From an uncultured archaeon (GTDB lineage: Archaea > Thermoproteota > Bathyarchaeia > Bathyarchaeales > Bathycorpusculaceae): 64,000 bases of DNA. The stretch covers positions 96,001 through 160,000 of the forward strand of contig CAWALK010000022.1 of NCBI GenBank assembly GCA_963782915.1, given 5' to 3'. Of the stretch, positions 30,653 to 41,134 are shown piece after piece (position 1 is the stretch's first letter; each line of letters opens with the position of its first letter). The notes beneath the pieces were generated by a model. It had not been told where the DNA came from, ran no database searches, and saw nothing but the letters and a program-made list of their open reading frames with translations. A program made the position numbers and the translations under genes.

Positions 30653-32170
30653 TTGGAAAATAAATCCAACGCTCAAAAGTGCCCACAATCAGACGAGCTT
30701 CTAAAGAGGATATTTGAGAACAGCTTAGACGCTATGCTATTAACCTTGGCTTCTGACGGCAGCATAATAATGGCTAACCCTGCAGCAAGTAAAATGTTTG
30801 GAATGACAAAAGATGAACTCAGGCAAGCTAACAGGGACAAACTTTTTGTCAAGGACAATTCAGCGCTATCTGCGCTTAATCACAGGGCTAAAGAAGGCAA
30901 AGCAAAAACTCAGCTAACGCTTAAGCGTAAGGACGGCTCAACCTTCCAAGGGGAGTCATCATCTAATGTTTTTATAGATACAGACGGTATCAAAAAAGCG
31001 ATCACAATATTAAGAGACTTAACAGAGCATCAAAAGATCGAGCAGACATTACGAGAAAGTAAAGACCGATTAGAACTTGCCCAGAATGTAGCAGACTTGG
31101 GTAGCTGGGAATTTAACGTAAAAAAAGGCGAAGCATTATGGTCCAAGCAACTCTACGAGATGTTCGGGCTGAACCCTGAGACAAAAGCGCCAAGTATCGT
31201 AGAATACCAAAAACTCATCCATCCAGATTACCTCAAAATATCTATCGAGTATGCTGAAAATCTCCAATCACAGGGGAAACTTGGGGAGACAGTAAGCTTT
31301 GATTATGCTATAGTAACACCACAAGGCTTGACTAAATATATACACACCGTCAGACGGGTCACAGAGGTCGACGAAAACAACAAACCTTCAAAGATAATGG
31401 GTATTGAGCAAGATATTACGGACCGCAAGAATATCGAGCAACAACTGGAACAGTACTCAAAAAGCTTAGAGGCGCTTGTTGAAGAAAGAACAAAAGAGCT
31501 TAAGGATAAAGAACGGTTAGCGGGTATAGGCGAAACAGCGGGTATGATTGGGCATGATATACGCAATCCACTGCAAGCGATTGTTAGTGAATTGTATTTG
31601 GCAAGGACGGCTATGGCTGAAGCTAAAGGCCAGTATACAAGCGAAGTGTTAGAAAGTATTGACTTCATTCAAGAACAAGCCGACTATATCAGTAAAATTG
31701 TGCAAGACCTGCAAGACTACGCGCGACCTTTAAAGCCAGAGTTACTAGAAGTAGACTTATCCGATATCTTGGTTAACGTATTTTCAACCGTAGCTGTTCC
31801 TGACAAAATTAAGCTTAAAGTACATATCAAAGGGACAATTAAAGCCAAAACAGACCCAACTTTCATGAAACGGGCGCTGACAAATCTTATCAATAACGCC
31901 ATTCAGGCGATGCCAGACGGCGGAGAACTAACCTTAGCAGCTTCAAAAAAAGAAAAATCAATCACCATTACAGTCGGCGATACAGGGGTTGGCATACCCG
32001 AGAAGGTTAAGCCTCTTATTTTCAAGCCACTGATGACAACTAAAGCTAAAGGCCAAGGGTTAGGCTTGGCTGTTGTTAAACGGCTGGTAGAAGCGTTGGG
32101 CGGTCAAATAGCATTCGAAAGCCAAGAAGGTAAAGGCACAACATTTACTATCAAGCTTCCGATCCAGTAA
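30653..32170 (+). CDS. Cytoplasmic PAS-PAS sensor histidine kinase (paralog of 28664..30283)
   Basis: GSWEF, DITDRK, GHDIRNPL, NAIQAM, DTGVG, GQGLGL; start could be 30587. Confidence 0.92.
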   Translation: MENKSNAQKCPQSDELLKRIFENSLDAMLLTLASDGSIIMANPAASKMFGMTKDELRQANRDKLFVKDNSALSALNHRAKEGKAKTQLTLKRKDGSTFQGESSSNVFIDTDGIKKAITILRDLTEHQKIEQTLRESKDRLELAQNVADLGSWEFNVKKGEALWSKQLYEMFGLNPETKAPSIVEYQKLIHPDYLKISIEYAENLQSQGKLGETVSFDYAIVTPQGLTKYIHTVRRVTEVDENNKPSKIMGIEQDITDRKNIEQQLEQYSKSLEALVEERTKELKDKERLAGIGETAGMIGHDIRNPLQAIVSELYLARTAMAEAKGQYTSEVLESIDFIQEQADYISKIVQDLQDYARPLKPELLEVDLSDILVNVFSTVAVPDKIKLKVHIKGTIKAKTDPTFMKRALTNLINNAIQAMPDGGELTLAASKKEKSITITVGDTGVGIPEKVKPLIFKPLMTTKAKGQGLGLAVVKRLVEALGGQIAFESQEGKGTTFTIKLPIQ

Positions 32171-32206
32171 GGTCTTGAACAGCTAAAATTATTTTTGGCA
32201 GTGGAG

Positions 32207-32430
32207 CTTGTGGTTTATTGTACAACCAACCTGCAACCTGATTTGGACGCTGAAGCTAAAATGCAATCGCCAGCAAACTCTGCTGGTTGTTGTTGTGTAT
32301 AGGCGGTTTTCGCCAACAACACACTATAAAAAAACAGAAAACTCCAAATCGATCAGATTGGGAGGTCGCTTGGGTAACCTTACCTGACTTTAGCTTGCCT
32401 TTTTGGTGCCTATAAATAGAGGGGGGATAG
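32207..32430 (+). repeat. Dispersed repeat copy (C, B, A)
   Basis: C 32207-32237, 47-bp spacer, B GGTTGTTGTTGTGTATAGGCGGTTTTCGCCAACAACACACTATAAAAAAAC 32285-32335, A GCCTATAAATAGAGGGGGGATAG 32408-32430. Confidence 0.9.
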
Positions 32431-32447
32431 GTTACAGAGAGAGCAAA

Positions 32448-34802
32448 CTATTTTTTGATTTTCAACAGAACATAATGCCCCATCCGGTATAGCAAGCTGC
32501 CTATTGCAAGCGCGAAAGCGGGCATAGCGGGCAAAATGTACCAGAACAGTTTGGTTTGGGCAAAAGTAAACAATCCCAAAACGATAACCATCCAGCCAAC
32601 CAAGCAAGGTATCAGCACGCGACCGCTTAGATACGATGTTATAGATGCAGAATGCAGCCGCAAAAGGCAACAGCACCGCCCAAACCGTTTCATTGGTTAA
32701 CAAATGCTCGAAATAGTACAGGTAACTTTCGCTGTGCCCCTCCAATGGAGTTATGACTCGGTTGACGTTTGAGTATACAAAGAAGCAATCCCAGAAATCT
32801 TTAGAAACCGACAACATATAGGCCACGTATGGACCAAAGATGGCTGCCGCGACTCCCCAAGAGAGCGCAAACCGCTTAGAAAAAGCAAACTTGCCACGCC
32901 TTGTAAACAGCAGATACACAAGCATTATAGCTGGAATCAGCAGGGCTTCAAGCTGCTTAGTCATCAAAGCCAAACCAAAAAAAACCCCGCTAAACGCAGC
33001 GTATTTTATGGCATCTTTTGTTTTGTCTTCGCTAAGCAACAGAAAATAGATGCTTGCCAACATAAAGAAAACAAGCGGAACATCAGTCATCATATGCGTC
33101 GCATACTGATAAAACGTCACAAAGGTTCCAAGAACAAACACCGAAACCAAACCAACTTTAGCGTTGAAAAGTTTCTTGCCCAAAAAGAAAACCATAACCA
33201 ACGATAAAGCACCAAAAAGCGGCATCCAAACTCTCGCCGCAAAATTAGACACACCCAGTACTTGGTAGGAAACTGAAGTTAACCACATGAGCAGCGGCGG
33301 TTTTCCCACCCAAAACGCGGGTTCCCCACCTACCCATGGTGTAAAGTAATCGCCGCTTTTAACAATGTGATAGGAGATTTGGGTGTAGGTTTTTTCGTCC
33401 GCAGCCCAGAGTGGTGACCCATTGAGGCTTAGGAGGTAGATGGCTGAGAATGCCAGAATCATGGCGGCGCAAACTAAGTTGAGGTGGGCTGAAAACCATG
33501 ACTCGACCGTGCTAGCGCCTGTGATTTGCGGGGTGATTTGCTTGTTTCTTCTTGAGGTGTAGAAGTGGCGTATGATTACAAAAACAACCAACCCCCAAGC
33601 AATACAGAATAGAATATCAAAAATTATTGTGCTCCAAAAAATCGGTGCAGACGCCTCTATTGGCTCCACCGAAGAATCGCTAAGCCTAAAGGCGTAGAGG
33701 TGATGGTCATGGGACCCAAAATACAGAGTATCGCCCACGATGCTAGGGGAAGAATCAATTATGCCGTCTGCTTGGTAACTCCATTTCTCTTGGCCCGTGT
33801 AAGCGTCGAGGCAGTAGAGGTGATAGTCCTGGGAGCCAACGAATAGGTTGCCGTTGGCGATTGCTGGGGACGACCATACCCAGTAGCCAGTTTGGGTCTG
33901 CCAAAGTTTTGATCCGTCGGTGGCGTTTAGGCAGTATATGCTGCCGTCATCGGAGCCTATGTAGATTCGCCCATAAGCTGTGGCGGCTGAGGAACTGACT
34001 GTGTCCTGAGTTCTGGTAAGTCCAAGTTCGAATGCCTGTGGAAGCGTTTACGCATGTGATCCAGCCGTCGTATGCGCCGATGTAGATGAAGCCATTATCG
34101 ATGCAGGGGGAATTGAGGTTGCTGCCAGTATATTCCCGCCATATTTTTTCGCCTGTGGTTGCGTTTAGGGCGTATAGGTGGTAGTCGTCGCAGGCAACAT
34201 ACACTATGCCGTTAACTACCGCTGGAGAGGAATCCACACGAGACTCCGTTGGATAAGTCCAGAGAATATCGCCATTTGAAGCATTAAAGCAGAAAATGTC
34301 ATGGGATCCAGAACCGATAAACACCCTATCATCGACCACTGCTGGAGAAGAAAAGAATTTGCCGCCCGCATTCGTCCCCCAAGCAGGTACACCGCTGGAT
34401 AGGTTAATGCAGTATACCCAGCCATCGTATGAACCCACGTAAACATATCCGTTGTATATTGCGGGTGAAGAGTCCACTTCATGGAGGGTTTGCAGGGACC
34501 ACACGTACTTGCCTGTTGATGCGTTGAGGCAGTAGATGTAGCAGTCCTTGCAGCCAAACACTACTAAGCCCTCGGAGATTGCGGGGGATGACAAAACTGA
34601 TGCGCTTGTTGGAAATTCCCAGAGTGGCTGTGCTGAGTTGGCCGTGCTGTTGCTGGCGGTGTAGCCGCTGTGGCTTAAGTCATGGCGAAACATGGGCCAA
34701 TCGGCGCTGGAGGTAACGTCTGCGGCAGAAGCCACCGATAGTGCCGACGAAAGTGGCAATCAGTAACATTAGACTGCTTAGAAGTAACTGTGCCTTCTTC
34801 AT
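32448..34802 (-). CDS. Fusion: signal peptide + PQQ-like beta-propeller + ArnT/PMT-like (GT-C) glycosyltransferase; frameshifts ~34755, ~34010, ~32605
   Basis: DWPMFRHD, repeated SSPA...GS.D..YCLNA.TG...W; these repeats run in frame into LWAADEKTY, KPPLLMW, TDVPL, QTKLFWYILP. Confidence 0.8.
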
Positions 34803-34924
34803 TGCCCACCCTTTACAAGCAATCCAGTGTTAATTGAATGCATATTAAGCTGACGGAACCCAAACAGCTTAAGATGGGAATCTCCGAAAAAGAAAATCGA
34901 TAAGAAAATTGAGAAGAGAGAAAA

Positions 34925-35593
34925 TTAGTCTCTGCTTGAGAGAACCAAAATATAGTCTGCTGTGTCAGCGCACATGTCTGCCGCTTGCTCAATGAACTCG
35001 ATTAAGTCATCGAAAATAACCATGGCTCCACAGTTCATTTCTACACCATACTTGACGAATAAGCCCTTAGCTTTAAGGTACTCATCGTCGATGGCATGTT
35101 CGATGTCGCCGACTTTTTTTGCTTCCCGTATGGCTTCGTTGGGTGCCGAAGAGATTTTCTCTATGCTACCGCGCAATGTTTGGGCGGTTTCAACGAGTTT
35201 TGTAGTCATGAAGACTGTTTTATCGGAGAGCTCTTTTGGAATATCGGTATCAATTAGCATTTCGAGGCATCTTGCAGCATCTTTTGTGTGGTCTGCTAAG
35301 GTGTCTAATCGTTTGACGAGGTGCAGGAGGTCTTCTCTGTAATCTGAGACCAGTGCGGCGCCTTTGGATAACTCCATGAAGGTGTCTGTTCGGAGTTGGT
35401 CAACTTCCTCTTCGGCTTTGTAGAGGTTTTCGATGTATTTTTTGGCGTCTTTGAAGTTTTTTTCAGAGAAGCATTTGGTTGCTTTCTGTAGCCAAGTTAC
35501 CGTATCGAATGCTTTAGTTATTTGTTCATGGGCTAGTTCTAAGCCTCTTGTTTTGCGGCGTTGTTCGAACCAGTCGTAACTCTTTTTTTCCAC
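34925..35593 (-). CDS. DUF47 / PhoU-like phosphate transport regulator
   Basis: EEEVDQLR, REDLLHLVKRLDTLAD, IEHAID, EQAADMCAD. Confidence 0.85.
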   Translation of the reverse strand: MEKKSYDWFEQRRKTRGLELAHEQITKAFDTVTWLQKATKCFSEKNFKDAKKYIENLYKAEEEVDQLRTDTFMELSKGAALVSDYREDLLHLVKRLDTLADHTKDAARCLEMLIDTDIPKELSDKTVFMTTKLVETAQTLRGSIEKISSAPNEAIREAKKVGDIEHAIDDEYLKAKGLFVKYGVEMNCGAMVIFDDLIEFIEQAADMCADTADYILVLSSRD

Positions 35594-35716
35594 CTATACC
35601 ATCTCCGATTACTAATCAACTATTCTAGCTTGTAGATATAACCCTTCCTTTAGCACCACATTCACGCGTGTTTACTGGATAAGTTGTGTTCGTTTAGTTT
35701 TGGGTTGAGTTATTTT

Positions 35717-35809
35717 TTATCTGATGCAAACATCTATGGCTAACAGCCAATCTTTTAAGTCGGCATTCGTAACCTTGGCTTGCTTTTTAATTGCTTTCTG
35801 TTTCAACAT
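35717..35809 (-). CDS. Putative 30-aa small protein (MLKQKAIKKQAKVTNADLKDWLLAIDVCIR)
   Basis: ATG preceded by GAGGGGA, T-rich tract after the stop; below the ORF-track length cut-off. Confidence 0.35.
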   Translation of the reverse strand: MLKQKAIKKQAKVTNADLKDWLLAIDVCIR

Positions 35810-35986
35810 TTCCCCTCATCCATTTGCTCATATGTGGTCATAGTACCATGCGTCTTCTTTTTTTGCCCTTTGTTTCGTGGGTTTTCTGTTTTGCATGGCA
35901 CTGCACGCATGAAAGCAATACCCTTAGGTGCCCTATTTAGAATGCCCACATAATCTATAGAGACCACAATACTCTATAGTTCACAA

Positions 35987-36907
35987 TTAGGCGTATAAAA
36001 CAGCTTTAGCTAATGCAACTTTATCCTCGAGGGATTTCATCACTGTATTAGTCACTGTTACGCCTATGCCGAGTTTTTCAATCCTTTCTTTCAATACATC
36101 ATCTTTGGTATCGATGACCATTGCGTCGAGGAAATCAGCATAAAGCTGGGCTACCCCAAACGCGGAAACTTCAACGCCTAAACCGCGAAGCATCTTATCC
36201 GCCGGACCCTTAATCGTAGCGCCAGCCACAATGGGACTAACAGCAACCACCTTCGCCTTAGTTTGCTGCAAAGCAGACCGTACTCCAGCGATGGAGAGAA
36301 TAGTGCCGACACTAACAATGGGGTTGCTTGGGCAAACAATCACTAATTCTGCATCCGAAATGGCTTCTAAAACGCCAGGCGAAGGCTTTGCTGAGGCTTG
36401 ACCGACGAATTCAACTCCTAAGAACTCGTCTCTAAATTGACGCTTAACAAAGTATTCCTCAAAATGGATTGAGCCATTGGGCGTGTTGATTCTTGTTTCG
36501 AATCGGTCGTTGCTCATGGGAAGAATTTTTACTTTTAGCCCTAAACTGTTGCTAACTTCAGCTGCAATTTGTGAAAATAAGGCGCCCTGTTTGAGTCGGT
36601 TAGTTCTGTAAATATGGGTGGCTAAGTCTTTGTCGCCGAGGTTGAACCACGTGTCTGCGCCAAGACTCTTGAGCATAGTGAGGCACTGAAAGGTATCGTC
36701 TTTGATTCCCCAGCCTTTCGCTTCATCCACAATGCCTGCTAATGTGTAAGTTACGATGTCCACGTCAGGGGAAATATAGAGCCCGAAGAGTTCTATGTCG
36801 TCGCCCGTGTTAACGATGACTGAGAGGTCTTCTTGGTTAACTATCTGAGTTAAGCCTGTTAAGAATCTGGCTGCGCCCACTCCGCCAGCTAATGCAGTTA
36901 TCTTCAA
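35987..36907 (-). CDS. cofD: 2-phospho-L-lactate transferase (F420 biosynthesis)
   Basis: LAGGVGAARF, NTGDD, SPDVD, WFNLGDKD, PSNPIVS, KGPADKM. Confidence 0.95.
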   Translation of the reverse strand: MKITALAGGVGAARFLTGLTQIVNQEDLSVIVNTGDDIELFGLYISPDVDIVTYTLAGIVDEAKGWGIKDDTFQCLTMLKSLGADTWFNLGDKDLATHIYRTNRLKQGALFSQIAAEVSNSLGLKVKILPMSNDRFETRINTPNGSIHFEEYFVKRQFRDEFLGVEFVGQASAKPSPGVLEAISDAELVIVCPSNPIVSVGTILSIAGVRSALQQTKAKVVAVSPIVAGATIKGPADKMLRGLGVEVSAFGVAQLYADFLDAMVIDTKDDVLKERIEKLGIGVTVTNTVMKSLEDKVALAKAVLYA

Positions 36908-37013
36908 AACATGCGCTCTCCCAAATGAGTCATAAAGAACCGCAAGTAAGCTAGATAGAGGTAATTAAAAACTTTTTACAATAAAGGAAAATAAAGGATA
37001 AGATGGTTTTGGT

Positions 37014-37679
37014 TTATTGTGCTGGAGCTTCAGCTTCTTCGTCTTCTTCTGACTCAGGCTCTGCTGCGGGGGCTGGGGCTTCTTTTGGCAGTACTGCTGG
37101 GGCTGCGAGTAGTTTGGATTTGCGTATACCGACGTGTCGTAGTGGTGCAACGAGTTTAGCTTGGTTGTAGATGTCTGAAGCGATTTTGCCAAGAACCATT
37201 TCTTGTACGAATTGGTCAAGTGTTAATGCGGCAGCTTTGTCTCTGATGATTTTCTCCATCATGTCACGGATGATTTTTTCCTGTGAAGTCTTTATGCGTG
37301 AGAGAGTCAGTGCTGAGACGGAAATGCGTAGTTTGAAGCCGTCTTTGGTGTTTAGGTTGAATAATCCATCGACTTTTGTTGTTCTTCTGCGCACTAAGCT
37401 TCTTAGGAAATCACGAGAATATTCGTGTCCCTTGAAGAGGGTCCTAGCGCTTTTTCCTTCGATGTGGTGGATTTGGAAGAACATTTTCAAGTAATGATGT
37501 GAAAAGTCACCTGTTATGTCATAGAGTGTTGCTTCTACGACTCTACCGATTAACATTTGTTCTTCTTGGGCTGGAATAGAACCTAGCTCTATGTTGCCGA
37601 AGAATGACGGCGCAACTACCATATACCATGTTTTACTGCGCCATTTATCGCGAACGTGCTTTGTTGATTTAGCGGACAA
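37014..37679 (-). CDS. rps3ae: 30S ribosomal protein eS1 (S3ae)
   Basis: DKWRSKTWY, GRVVEATLYDITGD, RSLVRRRT. Confidence 0.96.
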   Translation of the reverse strand: MSAKSTKHVRDKWRSKTWYMVVAPSFFGNIELGSIPAQEEQMLIGRVVEATLYDITGDFSHHYLKMFFQIHHIEGKSARTLFKGHEYSRDFLRSLVRRRTTKVDGLFNLNTKDGFKLRISVSALTLSRIKTSQEKIIRDMMEKIIRDKAAALTLDQFVQEMVLGKIASDIYNQAKLVAPLRHVGIRKSKLLAAPAVLPKEAPAPAAEPESEEDEEAEAPAQ

Positions 37680-37730
37680 AGTTATTTCTCCGAACCGTTG
37701 CAGAACATTCTCATAGATATATTAAAACTT

Positions 37731-39020
37731 TTAGAGTTTTCTGCTTATTTTCTCTCTATTACCCATGTACTTTCTAAGCACTTCAGGTATATTTATCGTT
37801 CCATCCTCATTCTGGTTGTTCTCTAGAATAGCAACTATGGTTCTGCCTGTGGCGATGGCGGTTGAATTGAGCGTGTGAACTGGACCTACTGGTGGCGCAC
37901 CCTCTTTTAGGCGGTAACGTACACCTAAGCGTCTTGCTTGGTAGTCGGTGCAGTTGCTGCATGAAACCACTTCGCGGTAGTCGCCCTGCGCGGGCATCCA
38001 AGCTTCAATGTCATATTTTTTGGCCGCTACTGTGCCGATGTCGCCTGTACAGACGTTAACGATGCGGTATGCTAAGCCAAGTTTCTGGTATATGTTCTCG
38101 GCGTTGGCGAGGAGTTCTTCGTGGAGTTTTGGGGAGTCTTCGGGTTTGCAGAATATGAATTGTTCGATCTTGTTGAATTGGTGGGTGCGGAAGATGCCGC
38201 GGGTGTCTTTGCCATGTGCGCCTGCTTCTTTGCGGAAACAGGTACTTACTCCGGCGAGTTTGACGGGCATGTCGTCGAGTTTTAGGACTTCGTTCCAGTA
38301 CATGGCTGCTAATGGGTGCTCTGAGGTGGCGATCATGTAGAGGTCTTCGTCTTGGATTTTGTATAGTACCTCTTCGAAGTCAGCTAGTGCTGTTACTCCC
38401 TCGTATGCCTCGCGTTTCATCATGTACGGTGGAACGACTGGTGTGTAGCCTTTCTGTTGGAGTTCATCGAGAGCAAAGTGCATTAAAGCCATGTCGAGCA
38501 TGGCCACATCGTTTTTGAGGTAGAAGAATCTGGCTCCGGCTATTCTGCCGGCTCGTTCCATGTCAATTTGATCTAGTGCAAGCGCTAAATCAATGTGGTT
38601 TTTGACTGTGAATGTGAATTGTGGGATATTGCCCCATTTTTTTACTGTTACGTTTTCGCTTGAATCTTTTCCAACTGGAACTGAATCTTCAAGCAAATTA
38701 GGCAAATTCAGGAGATAAGTTTTGATTTTGGCTTCTTGTTCAACAACCTGCTTTTCCATAACGGTGACTTTCACATCGATTTCCTGTGCTTTAGCGAATT
38801 CGCCGTTGGCTTCTTTGCAGGCTTTTTTGAGTTTAGCGATTTCAATGGTGACTTGTTTTCGGTCATGGCGTAGGTCGTTTAGTTTTGTGTTGTTCAATCG
38901 CCATTCCTTGTCTAGTGCGATGAGGTCATCGAGCATTTTTAGGCATTCTGGGTTGTTTCGTTTTGATAGGTTGGTTTTGACGAGTTCTGGGTTTTCGCGG
39001 ATAAGCTTGATGTCTAACAT
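37731..39020 (-). CDS. serS: Serine--tRNA ligase
   Basis: ATSEH, FRKEAG...GIFRTHQF, EVVSCSNCTDYQARR, HTLNSTA. Confidence 0.97.
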   Translation of the reverse strand: MLDIKLIRENPELVKTNLSKRNNPECLKMLDDLIALDKEWRLNNTKLNDLRHDRKQVTIEIAKLKKACKEANGEFAKAQEIDVKVTVMEKQVVEQEAKIKTYLLNLPNLLEDSVPVGKDSSENVTVKKWGNIPQFTFTVKNHIDLALALDQIDMERAGRIAGARFFYLKNDVAMLDMALMHFALDELQQKGYTPVVPPYMMKREAYEGVTALADFEEVLYKIQDEDLYMIATSEHPLAAMYWNEVLKLDDMPVKLAGVSTCFRKEAGAHGKDTRGIFRTHQFNKIEQFIFCKPEDSPKLHEELLANAENIYQKLGLAYRIVNVCTGDIGTVAAKKYDIEAWMPAQGDYREVVSCSNCTDYQARRLGVRYRLKEGAPPVGPVHTLNSTAIATGRTIVAILENNQNEDGTINIPEVLRKYMGNREKISRKL

Positions 39021-39339
39021 TATGGGTCACAGGACTAATTCTGTAACTAAGATAAAGTGGTATTTAACTTTACCAGCCTAAATAGCGGTGAGTGTGAAAC
39101 GGTTTAAGGTAAAAAGCAACTAAACGACCCTTTTGCTATAATGAGAAGGGTTAGATTCTTGAGTTTTTTTCTAATAGAAGATAATGGCATTACCTCCCTT
39201 ACTCATCATCTTCCTGTGGGCTCGGCTGATGACTGCTTTTTGGGTTCTGCGCTTGGTGGCGATTGCAGGGTAGTTGAGGCAATTTCTACAAGTATTTCGG
39301 TTAACAACCAGGCAATTTAATGTTCAAGCTTGGGAGAAC

Positions 39340-39529
39340 CTACCTACCTCAAAGCTAGACCCCCTCCCCTATCAGTAGATCAAAATTTGTTGAGCGATTG
39401 GTTTTTTTATATTAGTTGTTGCCGACTACCCCTCTTATTTCAACAACAACCAGTGGCTTGTGTAGGAGGTTGTGTTTTGGTATCGGATTGCGGGACACGT
39501 TGCAGGCTAGTTGTGGAGACTTCCGCAAG
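39340..39529 (-). repeat. Dispersed repeat copy (C, B, A on the minus strand)
   Basis: C 39529-39499, 47-bp spacer, B GGTTGTTGTTGAAATAAGAGGGGTAGTCGGCAACAACTAATATAAAAAAAC 39451-39401, A 39372-39360; CTACCTACCTC shared with ~2619. Confidence 0.85.
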
Positions 39530-39640
39530 CAGAAGGATTCCATGTCCCGCACGATTTGCTGCTGAAGCAGCCAGCGTTTTGTCTTAGAGTAATAGTTAAT
39601 AATGCAACTTTGATTACTTTCTATTGAGGCTTTTTATTTT

Positions 39641-41134
39641 TTGATAACTGCTCAGACATGCCCCTCACTTTCTAGCTACAGCAACTCCGGTGAAGAGACT
39701 ATCGTGCTTGTTTATCCGGGAAAATTTAGGGCACCTGACCCACAAGTTCCCTTAGCAATTTTGCATATCGCCGCCTCGCTACAGCAGGAAGGTTTCAAGG
39801 TACAACTTTTAGATATGCGGTTAAACGATTACCGCCGTTTTGTGGTAGGCAATCCTCTTTTTGTGGGCATCAGCTGCATGAGTGGCTTACAAATCAAATA
39901 TGCCCTAGAATTTGCCAAACAAGTACGACAGCAAAATCCGTCAGTACCTCTGGTTTGGGGTGGTGTTCATCCGACACTGCTACCGGAACAAACCATCTGC
40001 AATGACTTAGTTGATATCGTAGTTCGTGGTGAAGGGGAATTAATCATCAAGGACCTCGCCAACGCATTATCCCAGAATCAACCCCTTGAAGATGTATCGG
40101 GGATAACCTACAAAATTAATGATGCCATCAAAAACAATCCAGATGGAAAAGTCATAGACCTCGACGAAATACCCATACATTTGCCCTATGAACTCCTTGA
40201 CATGAACAAATATCCCTCATATAGATCCGGACGCTTCCACATCCAAACAAGCCGCGGCTGCCCGCACCGATGCGGCTTCTGCTACAACACCATTTTCAAT
40301 AAAAACCGCTGGAGAGCCAAATCTGCGAAAAGAGTCATCGACGAAATACAACACATCACCAGCAAATACCCCCACATAAAAATCATCGACCCAATCGACG
40401 ACAACGTCTTTGTCGACGAATACCGCGTTGAACAAATCTGCAAAGGACTCATTGACAAGAAACTTGGCGTTCAATGGCGTGCAAACTGCCGATTCGATTA
40501 CCTAGCAAACTATGACAAAGACTTCCTTGAACTACTCGAAAAGTCCGGCTGCGTCGAACTCGATTTCGGCGGAGAATCAGGTTCGGATCGCATTCAACAA
40601 TTAATCACCAAAGATGTAAGCAGGGAAGAAATGCTGCAGTCAGTTGAAAATCTAAGACAGTACGCTCCCTCAATTGAGCCGTATGTTTCTTGGATGAGCG
40701 GGTTACCTGGAGAAACTGATGAGGATTTGGCGAATACTTTTGATTTAATGGATAGAATGAGAGAAGTAAACCCGAAAACGCAGCATTACGGCATCTTTGT
40801 TTACACACCGTTTCCAAGCCCAGTCATGGAGTGTTTGCCCGCGGAATTTGCGGCGCCGCAAACACTTGAAGAATGGGGTAACATCCACGTCTTTCATTTC
40901 GATCCGCCATGGCATACTCCCCAGTACACTGCCAAGTTGCACACCATTTCAGCGGTTACAAGAATCGCGTTCTATCCCGAATCAAGAATAAAGGAACGGG
41001 ATTTAGCCTTCAAATTTGCCTATAAAATAATGAATAGGTTAGCGCGGTACCGCTGGAGTCATAGAAACTTTAGTTTTCCAATTGAACTAAAGATTGCTGA
41101 TGCAGTGGCTAGGCGCTTTAAGGGTTTTCTTTAG
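39641..41134 (+). CDS. B12-binding (class B-type) radical SAM protein
   Basis: PLAILHIAA, WGGVHPT, RGEGE, TSRGCPHRCGFC, GESGS, GLPGET; exact start uncertain. Confidence 0.9.
   Translation: MITAQTCPSLSSYSNSGEETIVLVYPGKFRAPDPQVPLAILHIAASLQQEGFKVQLLDMRLNDYRRFVVGNPLFVGISCMSGLQIKYALEFAKQVRQQNPSVPLVWGGVHPTLLPEQTICNDLVDIVVRGEGELIIKDLANALSQNQPLEDVSGITYKINDAIKNNPDGKVIDLDEIPIHLPYELLDMNKYPSYRSGRFHIQTSRGCPHRCGFCYNTIFNKNRWRAKSAKRVIDEIQHITSKYPHIKIIDPIDDNVFVDEYRVEQICKGLIDKKLGVQWRANCRFDYLANYDKDFLELLEKSGCVELDFGGESGSDRIQQLITKDVSREEMLQSVENLRQYAPSIEPYVSWMSGLPGETDEDLANTFDLMDRMREVNPKTQHYGIFVYTPFPSPVMECLPAEFAAPQTLEEWGNIHVFHFDPPWHTPQYTAKLHTISAVTRIAFYPESRIKERDLAFKFAYKIMNRLARYRWSHRNFSFPIELKIADAVARRFKGFL

Noticed and set aside
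28500-32200. Integrated element at tRNA-Arg or tRNA-Glu
   Set aside because: No integrase and no duplicated tRNA 3' end (att site) found.
39177-39240. Fluoride-riboswitch-like words (ATGGCATTACCT...GCTGATGACTGC)
   Set aside because: P1 and pseudoknot pairing are imperfect and no fluoride exporter lies downstream; needs an Infernal search to rescue.
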